Below, piece by piece: positions 1 to 10,106 of a stretch of DNA of 64,000 bases. Position numbers and translations under genes: made by a program. The notes below the pieces were generated by a model, which saw only the letters and a program-made list of their open reading frames with translations, was not told where the DNA came from and made no database searches. Origin of the DNA: Acidobacteriota bacterium (GTDB lineage Bacteria; Acidobacteriota; Vicinamibacteria; Vicinamibacterales; CAVVIG01); contig JBDTVS010000181.1 of assembly GCA_040007095.1 (NCBI GenBank), positions 1,643 through 65,642 on the forward strand. The letters are read 5' to 3'. The first letter of the stretch is position 1. Each line of letters opens with the position of its first letter.

Positions 1-408
1 ACAATCAGCACGGGCGCGGACGTTGCGCAAAACGGACAGGCCGGTACGCAGCGGGCGGACCAGGTTGCGGGCGTCGATCCCTACGCGGACCAGTCGATCA
101 ACGTGACCAACGGTGGCATCAGGTTCTTGAATCCGCTCGCGTTCGCGCAGCCGACGGCCGGCGCGCTCGGCAACAGCGTGCGAAACAGTATTCGCGGGCC
201 TGGGAGCAAGAATGTGGACCTGGCGTTGACCAGGAACTTCCGCCTGTCGAGCACACAGAGCTTTGAGCTTCGAGCGGAGGCGTTCAACGCGTTCAACTGG
301 TTCCAGTGGGGCCAACCGGTCACGGCTCGCAGCAGCGCGACATTCGGCCAGATTCTGACGGCCGTCAGTCCGCGCGTGCTCCAGCTTGCCGTGAAGTATG
401 CTTTCTAA
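1..408 (+). CDS. TonB-dependent receptor (Oar-like), C-terminal part, 5'-truncated by window edge
   Basis: Frame 1 is open from base 1. It ends NVDLALTRNF...ELRAEAFNAFN...TFGQI...PRVLQLAVKYAF, the typical acidobacterial TBDR C-terminus with terminal Phe. Confidence 0.85.
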   Translation, partial: TISTGADVAQNGQAGTQRADQVAGVDPYADQSINVTNGGIRFLNPLAFAQPTAGALGNSVRNSIRGPGSKNVDLALTRNFRLSSTQSFELRAEAFNAFNWFQWGQPVTARSSATFGQILTAVSPRVLQLAVKYAF

Positions 409-422
409 CTGACCCGATCCGC

Positions 423-455
423 CCGGTGCACAGCACGTTGAAACCTGTGCACCGG
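423..455 (+). terminator. 11-bp perfect stem-loop after the TBDR gene
   Basis: ccggtgcacag / ctgtgcaccgg with an 11-nt loop. No U-tract, so it may be a processing or stability hairpin. Confidence 0.4.
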
Positions 456-542
456 CTTGCATCCGTCGCCGGCTTGCCATTGACCATGAAGAAATCCGGT
501 CGAATTCCCATGGCGAACGGCACAATAGCAGCAGGAGGAAGG

Positions 543-1397
543 ATGGCTAACCGCAGGCGAGCCGCGTTGGCGGCCGCGCTGACGCTGCTGGCGATGACTG
601 TCGTCAGCGTCCCGGCGTTTGCCCAGATGGAGTTCTCCGGCGAGTGGGCTCCGGTGCAGGACGAGGACAACACCGGCAACCCGTATGTCGGCGAATTCCT
701 CGGCATCCCGATGAGCCGTGCCGGCAGCCTGCGCGCCCAGGCGTGGAACGCTTCCCTCTATACGCTGCCGGAATGGCAGTGTCGGCCCCACGGGGCCATG
801 TATATTTCGCGCGGTCCTTCGCAGGTGCGTATCTGGAAGGAAGTCGATCCGGTCTCCCGTCAAATCGTCGCCTATCACGCGGAATGGTTGCGGTCCGTCG
901 ACAATCCGTACTTCCTCGACGGCCGCCCGCGTCCGTCTCAACTGACGCCGCACACCTGGGGCGGATTCTCCACCGCGGTGTTCGAAGGCGAGGCGCTGAA
1001 GATCACGACGACGCACTTGAAAGAGGACTACTATCGGCGCAACGGTGTGCCGTCGAGCGATGAAGCCACGCTCACGCAGTACTGGATCCGTCGCGGCGAC
1101 TATCTGACGTGGGTGACCATCGCCTACGACCCGTTGTATCTCACCGAGCCGATGATTCGGAGCAGCGAATACCGCTTTTCGCCGAACCAACAGATTCCGC
1201 CATATCCGTGTACCGCCGTCGAGGAAGTTGCGCGGGAGCAAGGTGTCGTACCGCACCATCTGCCGGGAACCAACCCCTTCTTGAAGGAATTCGGGCAGAA
1301 ATTCAATCTCCCGCTCGAAGTGACTCTGGGCGGGTCCGAATCCATGCATCCCGAGCTGGCGCGCAAGATTCAACGCGAACGCAACGAGAAGAAGTAG
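543..1397 (+). CDS. Exported protein of unknown function (Cys-pair family, paralogue 1)
   Basis: GGAGGA RBS before ATG 543, signal peptide ending AFA-Q, motifs FSGEW, CRPHG, LDGRP, WGGFSTAVFEGEALKITT, DPLYLTEP, PYPC. Confidence 0.85.
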   Translation: MANRRRAALAAALTLLAMTVVSVPAFAQMEFSGEWAPVQDEDNTGNPYVGEFLGIPMSRAGSLRAQAWNASLYTLPEWQCRPHGAMYISRGPSQVRIWKEVDPVSRQIVAYHAEWLRSVDNPYFLDGRPRPSQLTPHTWGGFSTAVFEGEALKITTTHLKEDYYRRNGVPSSDEATLTQYWIRRGDYLTWVTIAYDPLYLTEPMIRSSEYRFSPNQQIPPYPCTAVEEVAREQGVVPHHLPGTNPFLKEFGQKFNLPLEVTLGGSESMHPELARKIQRERNEKK

Positions 1398-1419
1398 CGT
1401 TCGGACCAGGAGTAGAGCC

Positions 1420-2499
1420 GTGAAGAGACACGCCACGCGCGCCCGGTTTCTCTTTGCTGTCGTGGCGGGTGCCGGGTTGACGGCGACGACGATCGCGCAA
1501 CAGAACCGCGCGCCGGCGGCCCCGGCATCCGTCGAAGTCACGCCGGTTCGCGACAACATCTACGTCTTCTCCAGCGGCGGCACCAACATCGTGGCATCGG
1601 TCGGTCGAGACGGGGTGTTCCTCGTGGATACCGGACTCGAGCAGAATGTCGAACCGATGCTGGCGGCCCTCGCCCAGCTGCAAAAGATGCTGGATTTCAA
1701 ACGACCGGCGTCTGAGCGCTTCGGGGCGGAGGGTCGATCGTCAACCCTGCTCGAACCGTATTATCGAAGCGAGCCACCCAAACCCATCCGCTACGTCGCG
1801 AATACTACGTTTGCCCCGGACCACATCGGCGGCAACGCGAAGCTGAGAGCCGCAGGAAAGACGTTCACCGGCGGCAACGTGGCGGGCGAGATCGACGCAG
1901 CCAACGAGGGCGCCGCGATTCTGGGCTACGAGGAGCTCGTCGACCGGATGGTGAAGGCGAAATTTCCCACGCCGGCGTTGCCGACCGAGACCTTCTTCGG
2001 CGATCACATGAAGCTCAGCCACTTCTTCAACGGTGAAGGCGTCGTCCTGTATCACGCCCCCGCCGCCACCACCGACAGCGACAGCATCGTCAATTTCCGG
2101 CGGTCGGACGTGTTCGCCACGGGCGACATCTTTCGGATGTCGGGATTCCCGAAAATCGAGCTGGACAAGGGCGGCAGCATCCAGGGCGTGCTCGCGGCGC
2201 TGAATCGTCTGATCGACATGTCGGTGGCCGAGTTTCGGACCGAAGGCGGAACGATGTTCGTCGGCGGCCACGGCCGGATCGGCGATCTCGCAGATCTGAC
2301 GTACTACCGCGACATGTGCACCATCATTCGCGATCGAGTGCAGGACCTCGCGAAGAAGGGGATGACGCTCGCGCAGGTCAAAGCCGCAAAGCCCACCGAA
2401 GATTGGGACGGCCGCATGGGGACCGACCCTTCCTGGACGAGCGATATGTTCGTCGAGGCAGTGTTCAAGAGTCTCGCGGCGCCTCCAGCGAAGAAGTAG
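1420..2499 (+). CDS. Exported metallo-beta-lactamase-fold protein (cyclase-like) with degenerate HxHxDH motif
   Basis: AGGAG RBS + GTG start, signal peptide, motifs FLVDTG, NTTFAPDHIGGN, TGDIF, GGHG. Confidence 0.88.
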   Translation: MKRHATRARFLFAVVAGAGLTATTIAQQNRAPAAPASVEVTPVRDNIYVFSSGGTNIVASVGRDGVFLVDTGLEQNVEPMLAALAQLQKMLDFKRPASERFGAEGRSSTLLEPYYRSEPPKPIRYVANTTFAPDHIGGNAKLRAAGKTFTGGNVAGEIDAANEGAAILGYEELVDRMVKAKFPTPALPTETFFGDHMKLSHFFNGEGVVLYHAPAATTDSDSIVNFRRSDVFATGDIFRMSGFPKIELDKGGSIQGVLAALNRLIDMSVAEFRTEGGTMFVGGHGRIGDLADLTYYRDMCTIIRDRVQDLAKKGMTLAQVKAAKPTEDWDGRMGTDPSWTSDMFVEAVFKSLAAPPAKK

Positions 2500-2508
2500 C
2501 CCACGACC

Positions 2509-3342
2509 ATGTCGAATCACCAATCGCGCTGGGGAGTCTTCGCTTTGACGCTCGTCCTCTTCTTTGCGTGGCCTCCGCTCGCACCCCATCCCCTGCACGC
2601 CCAACAGCGCGGCGGGCGAGGCGGGGCGCCGCAGGGTCCGCCGGCCACGGGACAGAGCGCCGCGCCGATCGATCTCACCGGCTACTGGGTGTCGATGATC
2701 GTCGACGAATGGCGTTTCCGGGTGTCGCCGCAGAAAGGCGACATCGCATATCTGCCGCTCAACGCAGACGCCAGACAGCTGGCCAACACGTGGGACCCGG
2801 CAAAAGACGAAGCGGACGGCAAGGCGTGCAAGGCGTACGGGGCCGTCGGCGTGATGCAGCGGCCAGGCCGCCTGCACATCACGTGGGAGAACCCGAACAC
2901 TCTCAAGATCGAGGCCGACGCCGGCACACAGTCCCGGACGATTCATTTCGGTCCGGCTCCCGCCCAGGTCGGGGCACCTTCGTGGGCGGGCTATTCGAAC
3001 GGCAACTGGCGGGTGAATGGGCGCTTGATGATCGACACGGGCGGTATCGGCCTGGTGCCGGCGCTACGTCAGAGCGGCACCTCGACGAGTGGCGCGCTGA
3101 CGGTCGTCACGACGAACATGCTGTCCGGGTACATTCGCAAGAACGGCGTGCCGTATAGCGACAAGGCCGTCTTGACCGAGCACGTCAACCGCCTGACGGG
3201 ACAACAGAACGACGTCTATCTGTCGGTGACGGCGATGGTCGAGGATCCGGTGTATCTGACGCAACCATTTGTCCGAACATACACGTTCAAGAAGCAAGCG
3301 GACGCCGCCGGCTGGGCCCCGACGCCCTGTTGGAACCGCTAA
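2509..3342 (+). CDS. Exported protein of unknown function (Cys-pair family, paralogue 2)
   Basis: Signal peptide, motifs DLTGYW, CKAYG, WAGYSNGNW, RKNGVPYSD, EDPVYLTQP, PTPC. Starts 9 bp after the MBL gene. Confidence 0.85.
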   Translation: MSNHQSRWGVFALTLVLFFAWPPLAPHPLHAQQRGGRGGAPQGPPATGQSAAPIDLTGYWVSMIVDEWRFRVSPQKGDIAYLPLNADARQLANTWDPAKDEADGKACKAYGAVGVMQRPGRLHITWENPNTLKIEADAGTQSRTIHFGPAPAQVGAPSWAGYSNGNWRVNGRLMIDTGGIGLVPALRQSGTSTSGALTVVTTNMLSGYIRKNGVPYSDKAVLTEHVNRLTGQQNDVYLSVTAMVEDPVYLTQPFVRTYTFKKQADAAGWAPTPCWNR

Positions 3343-3343
3343 G

Positions 3344-3411
3344 AAAACTGAAAACTCAGAACTGTGCAGAATTGAAATCCGGAACCACAAAGACACGAAG
3401 AACACAAAGAA
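3344..3411. repeat. Compound heptamer (AAAACTG-type) and nonamer (CACAAAGAA-type) short tandem repeats
   Basis: aaaactg-aaaactc-agaactg...agaattg followed by cacaaaga-cacgaagaa-cacaaagaa, between convergent genes. Confidence 0.7.
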
Positions 3412-3415
3412 TCTC

Positions 3416-4474
3416 TCAGTTTTCGATCCGTTCCCGCCACAACCCCAGCGCCTTCTGTACCGGGCGATCGGAAAAACTGAACAGGACGACATCGTCCTGC
3501 GCGTGGTGGGACACGGGAGCCCACGACGGGGCAACGAAGACATCGCGCGCCTGCCACGACAAGGTCGTTTCGCCGATGCGGCTCTGCCCGCGTCCTTCGA
3601 TCACGTGATAGACCGTGGCGTCGGTCGAGCGGAACCCGGTGCCTGAGAATCCCCCGGGAAGGAACTGGAGAAACGCTCCGATCGTCGGCATCGGATAGCC
3701 TCCCGTCGCGGGATTCACGAACTGCATCTTGATTCCGTGCGCCGGGTCGAGCGGGCCGTGCCTGTGCATGCGATCGAGCGTCTCGCGGCTTCGCGCGTAG
3801 GGATACGTGAACAACGGCGAGGATTTGCGGTCGGGTGTGTACTCGAGCGGTAACAGGTTTGCGCCGAAGCGGTTCAGCGAGTCGCCCTCGATCTTCGACA
3901 CCGGCTGCATGGTCTCCGGATGATGCTCGGCGAATCCAGAGTCGAACATGTTGACAATCGGGATGTCGAGGCCATCCAGCCACACGACAGGGTCGTTGCC
4001 CGGATTGCCGTGATCGTGGTACGTCCATGATGGCGTCAGAATGAAGTCTCCTGGGTGCATCGTCGTACGCTCGCCATCCACCGCGGTGTAGGCGCCCTGA
4101 CCCTCGATGACCAGCCGGAGCGCGGCCGCCGTATGGCGGTGGGTGCGCGCGACTTCGCCGGGCAGAATGAGCTGCAGCCCGGCGTACAGACTCTGCGTGA
4201 TCCGTGACGCACCCGCGAGACCGGGATTTTCGAGGATGATGACGCGTCGTTCGGCCTCCTCGGCAGTGATGAGGCGACCGGCTTCCATCAGCAGAGGCCG
4301 AAGTTCCTCGTACCGCCAGATCGCCGCCACACACGGCGTCTGGGGCTCGCGGGGCACAATCGATCCCAGCACGTTCCACAAGGGCGCGGCGTTCTTCTCG
4401 CCGAGCCGACCGTTGAAGGCCTCCCGCTCTGGAGTGCTGGTGGGCTTGACGTAGAACGTCGACGGCGTTTCCAT
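3416..4474 (-). CDS. gtdA: Gentisate 1,2-dioxygenase (bicupin)
   Basis: Motifs [66 protein letters not shown]. Confidence 0.92.
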   Translation of the reverse strand: METPSTFYVKPTSTPEREAFNGRLGEKNAAPLWNVLGSIVPREPQTPCVAAIWRYEELRPLLMEAGRLITAEEAERRVIILENPGLAGASRITQSLYAGLQLILPGEVARTHRHTAAALRLVIEGQGAYTAVDGERTTMHPGDFILTPSWTYHDHGNPGNDPVVWLDGLDIPIVNMFDSGFAEHHPETMQPVSKIEGDSLNRFGANLLPLEYTPDRKSSPLFTYPYARSRETLDRMHRHGPLDPAHGIKMQFVNPATGGYPMPTIGAFLQFLPGGFSGTGFRSTDATVYHVIEGRGQSRIGETTLSWQARDVFVAPSWAPVSHHAQDDVVLFSFSDRPVQKALGLWRERIEN

Positions 4475-4630
4475 GGGCGATCCTTCGGATGGCTGACGGA
4501 TTGACCGAGCGGCTTTGGTCTCAGCGAACTGCGCCCCGCGAAAGCACGAAGCCTCGAAGTCAATCGATCAGGACGTGGTGTCCGTGTTTTCGGGTTGCAC
4601 TTGGCGTCTGCAAACGCGCGGAACCGGCCA

Positions 4631-5503
4631 CTACTGCTCCACGAGATCCGCCGCTCGCACCGCCACCTGCATGGCGCCGACTCCCTCTATGCTAGCCGTA
4701 ATCTGATCGCCGGGCTGGATCGGCCCGACGCCTTCGGGTGTGCCCGTGAAGATCACATCGCCGGGATGCAAGGTGTAGAAAGACGACGCGAATTCGATGA
4801 GCTCGGGAACTCCCAGAATGAGGTCTCGGGTGTTCGACTGTTGACGGATCTCGCCGTTCACGGACAAATGGACGTCGAGATTGCCGGGATCCTCGAGCTC
4901 GTCGGCGGTGACCAGCCAGGGACCGAGGACACTGTAGCTGTCCACCGACTTGCGCAAGGATCGCTCTTCCGGTCCCCTGATGGTGATGTCGAGACCGATG
5001 CAGTAGCCGGCGACGTAGGCGAGCGCGTCCGCGCGCGCGACTCCGCTGGCTCGTCGTCCGATCACAAAGGCGAGCTCTACCTCATGATCGCTGCGTCGGT
5101 CGAGCTTGCGTAAAGCCACGCCTTCGCCGGCGCCACTCATCGAGCTCGTCGCTTTCAAGAAGAGACCGGCGTTTTGGATCGTGGCGATCGGCCTGTTGTG
5201 GTGAATGTCCGCGTTGGCGCGGACTTCAGCAAGGTGTTTCTGGTAGTTGACCGGCGCAGCCACGAGCTTGCCGGGGTTGGCGACGGGGCTGAGCAGCGAC
5301 ACGGCCGCCAGCGGCCGCGATGGCGCGTCGGCCGCGAGCTCGAGAATCCGCGGCCGCAAGGCGTTGAGATGCTCGATCAACACGTCGTGTCCCGGGAGTG
5401 GATACCGATAGCTCGGCAGGACATCGAGTGCCGCCGTCACATCCTGCACCGTGTCCCCGTTCACGACGCCAAGACGTCCGTTGCCGAACCGGCAAAGCCG
5501 CAT
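4631..5503 (-). CDS. Fumarylacetoacetate hydrolase family protein (likely fumaryl/maleylpyruvate hydrolase)
   Basis: Motifs DHEVELAFVIG, GLDITIRG, RKSVDSYSVLGPW, PGDVIFTGTPEGVG. Lies next to gtdA. Confidence 0.9.
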   Translation of the reverse strand: MRLCRFGNGRLGVVNGDTVQDVTAALDVLPSYRYPLPGHDVLIEHLNALRPRILELAADAPSRPLAAVSLLSPVANPGKLVAAPVNYQKHLAEVRANADIHHNRPIATIQNAGLFLKATSSMSGAGEGVALRKLDRRSDHEVELAFVIGRRASGVARADALAYVAGYCIGLDITIRGPEERSLRKSVDSYSVLGPWLVTADELEDPGNLDVHLSVNGEIRQQSNTRDLILGVPELIEFASSFYTLHPGDVIFTGTPEGVGPIQPGDQITASIEGVGAMQVAVRAADLVEQ

Positions 5504-5583
5504 ACAATATTCCGTCGTTGACGCGAACCCCTTTATACACCACTTGAAAATTCTGAGTCTTGCAGGAAGAGCGACGAGGAGCC

Positions 5584-6957
5584 ATGGCTGATCAAAGTTT
5601 AGAAGACGTGTTGCAGCAGAGCGGGAACCCGGTGGAGTTGCTGAGGAATTCGCAGATCGGCCCGTATGCCTTTCCAGTGGTGCCGGCCGAGTTCACGAAT
5701 TGGCGGGATGAACAGCGGTCGTGGCGGGAGACGTGCGCCCTGTTCGACCAGTCTCACCACATGACGGATCTCTACGTCGAAGGTCCCGATGCGCTCAAAG
5801 TGTTTTCCGCTCTCGGCATCAATAGCTTCAAGAACTTCAAGGTCAATCAGGCCAAGCAATTCGTCGCCTGCAATCACGAAGGCCATGTGATCGGCGATGC
5901 GATTCTGTTTTATCTGGAAGACGGCAGATTGAGTCTCGTCGGCCGACCTTCGGCCATCAATTGGGTCCAATACAACATCGAGACCGGCGGCTACGCGGCC
6001 TCGGCGGAGCGAGACGAGCGGTCGGCCGTCAACAAGGGCACGCGAAAATTCTTCCGCTACCAGGTGCAGGGGCCGAACGCCCTCAAGGTGATGGAGAAGG
6101 TGCTGGGCAAACCGGCTCCCGACATCAAGTTCTTCAACATCAGCGGAATCGCCGTTGCGGGCCGGGAGATCCAGGCCTTGCGTCACGGCATGGTTGGGCA
6201 GCCGGGATGGGAACTGTTTGGCCCGTGGGAATACGGGAACGAGGTCAAGAGCGCGATTGTCGCCGCCGGCCAGGAGTACGGGATTCGCCAGGTGGGTGCG
6301 AGAACATACCCGACCAGCTGCCTTGAATCCGGCTGGATTCCCTCGCCTTTGCCCGCCGTTTACGTGGGTGACGAGTTGAAAGCCTACAGGCAGTGGCTGA
6401 GCTCGAAAAGCTACGAAGCCATGGCGTCACTCGGCGGCAGCTTCCACTCCGACAAGATCACCGACTACTACTTGACGCCCTACGACCTCGGCTATGGGCC
6501 GTTCGTCAAGTTCGATCATGAATTCGTGGGAAGAGCCGCCCTCGAGAAGATCGCCGAGAAGCCGAAGCGGAAGAAGGTGACGATTGTCTGGAATGGCGAC
6601 GATATCGCCAAGGCGTTCGGTTCCTTGTTTCATGTCGGCGGCGACGCCACCAAGTACATCGACCTGCCCCTCGCCAACTATGCGACGTTGCCGTACGACA
6701 AGCTGTTGAAAGACGGGAAGATCGTCGGCCTCTCGACCTATACCGGCTACACCTACAACGAACGCGCGATGGTTTCGCTCGGGATCGTCGATATCGAACA
6801 CAGCGAGCCCGGCACCGAAGTCACGCTGGTGTGGGGTGAGGACGGGCGCGGTTCGACGAAACCGACGGTGGAGCGTCACGCGCAGATGGAAATTCGCGCG
6901 ACGGTGGCGCCGGTCCCCATCGCCGAAGTCGCCCGCACTGCCTATCGACCACGATGA
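5584..6957 (+). CDS. ligM: THF-dependent aryl methyl ether O-demethylase (LigM/DesA/Dmt type, aminomethyltransferase family)
   Basis: GAGGA RBS before ATG 5584. Motifs WRDEQRSW, LFDQSHHM, YQVQGPNA, LESGWIPSPLPAVY, TPYDLGYG, VTLVWGE match LigM-family proteins. Confidence 0.88.
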   Translation: MADQSLEDVLQQSGNPVELLRNSQIGPYAFPVVPAEFTNWRDEQRSWRETCALFDQSHHMTDLYVEGPDALKVFSALGINSFKNFKVNQAKQFVACNHEGHVIGDAILFYLEDGRLSLVGRPSAINWVQYNIETGGYAASAERDERSAVNKGTRKFFRYQVQGPNALKVMEKVLGKPAPDIKFFNISGIAVAGREIQALRHGMVGQPGWELFGPWEYGNEVKSAIVAAGQEYGIRQVGARTYPTSCLESGWIPSPLPAVYVGDELKAYRQWLSSKSYEAMASLGGSFHSDKITDYYLTPYDLGYGPFVKFDHEFVGRAALEKIAEKPKRKKVTIVWNGDDIAKAFGSLFHVGGDATKYIDLPLANYATLPYDKLLKDGKIVGLSTYTGYTYNERAMVSLGIVDIEHSEPGTEVTLVWGEDGRGSTKPTVERHAQMEIRATVAPVPIAEVARTAYRPR

Positions 6958-6971
6958 GCGGCGAGTCCGCC

Positions 6972-6999
6972 TGCTCGCGGCCACGGCCGGACGCGAGCA
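6972..6999 (+). terminator. Stem-loop downstream of the demethylase
   Basis: tgctcgcg / cgcgagca inverted repeat, no U-tract. Confidence 0.3.
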
Positions 7000-7055
7000 C
7001 CGTGAACCGTATTTAGGAATGACGGATACGCGCCGGTCGTATCGGCGGAGGAATC

Positions 7056-7103
7056 ATGGAACTCGGACTGAGCGGCAGGGTGGCGCTGATCACCGGCTCA
7101 TAG
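7056..7103 (+). pseudogene. 15-codon N-terminal stub of a short-chain dehydrogenase/reductase
   Basis: GGAGGAATC-ATG then MELGLSGRVALITGS-stop, the classic SDR start, cut at the TGxxxGIG motif. Confidence 0.7.
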
Positions 7104-7144
7104 AGAAAAACCAGCTCGCCGGGCAGTTAGATGATCCCATCCAC

Positions 7145-9076
<1,932 letters not shown>

Positions 9077-9086
9077 TCAGCAGATT

Positions 9087-9701
9087 CTACTTCGGGGGCG
9101 CTCCAGCGGGCGGCATCGGATCGGGCACGTGATTCTTGATCGGGGGAATCGTCAGCAGATAGGCGTAGATGGCTTTGAGATCGCTCTCGCTCAGCTGGCC
9201 GTACCAGTACCACGGCATCGGCGGCAGGATGTCGCGGGCCGTTCCAAAGTGCTTGCCCGATTTCAGGGCCTTGACGAAGAGCTCTTCGGTCCAGACGCCA
9301 GAGGTAATGCCGGTGTCCTTGTCGGGCGTCAGGTTGGCCGCGAAGGAGACACCCCACGGTCCCGACCACGCCGTCAGCGTACCGGTGATCCCAATCTCCC
9401 ATTGACTGCCTTTGGCCGGCGTGTACGGCCGGGCGACCTTGATGTTCTCTGGATGGCCGGCCAGCATCATGCTCATGTCCGGCTCCGGGCCGTTGGGGCC
9501 GATCTTCTTGGTCGTGTGGCAATCGTGGCATCCGCCCCCGATCACCAGCATGTGTCCGCGCTCGGCCGGTGACGGCGCCGGAGCTGCAACGGGTGCGGCC
9601 GGGACCGGCTGACTGGCCGGCGGGGCGTTACAGGCAGACATCGCGAGGGCGATTGGCACGCTCGCCGCGAGCACGGCGAGTCGGGGCTGACGGAAGTGCA
9701 T
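9087..9701 (-). CDS. c-type cytochrome lipoprotein
   Basis: AGGAG RBS before ATG 9701, lipobox-like AMSAC, single CHDCH, ANLTPD and PPMPW (likely Met ligand). Confidence 0.85.
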   Translation of the reverse strand: MHFRQPRLAVLAASVPIALAMSACNAPPASQPVPAAPVAAPAPSPAERGHMLVIGGGCHDCHTTKKIGPNGPEPDMSMMLAGHPENIKVARPYTPAKGSQWEIGITGTLTAWSGPWGVSFAANLTPDKDTGITSGVWTEELFVKALKSGKHFGTARDILPPMPWYWYGQLSESDLKAIYAYLLTIPPIKNHVPDPMPPAGAPPK

Positions 9702-9904
9702 GAAACTCTCCTGTTGGGCTTGGCAGCCAGTAGTAAATGATGCGAACTGGGTTGAAACGCTGGAACTATACAACAGCTGTCGGCGTTGCGTCTGCGGCTG
9801 TGGGCACCGGTCGCGAGTCAGTTCCACTGCAACCACCGAGGCGTCATGTGCGGGGGCGCACCCCGTCGCATGAAAACGTGAGCGCAGGCGCTCACAACGT
9901 ATTG

Positions 9905-9931
9905 ACGCAGAGCACGCAGAGATCGCAGAGC
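9905..9931. repeat. Nonamer tandem repeat (ACGCAGAGN x3)
   Basis: acgcagagc-acgcagaga-tcgcagagc in an intergenic region. Confidence 0.7.
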
Positions 9932-10106
9932 GATCTGATTCTTCACGAATGGAGCGCTGGATTCGTGCCAAGCTCGACCTGTCGACGCGCTTTTGAGGAC
10001 CGGCTTCGGGCGTATACTCATCGGCGTTCGAGACAGGAACACGCGCTCGTCACCCAGGGGCATTGGACCCACGAGGGCTGTTGAGGCTTTGGGATAAGGA
10101 GTTGCC

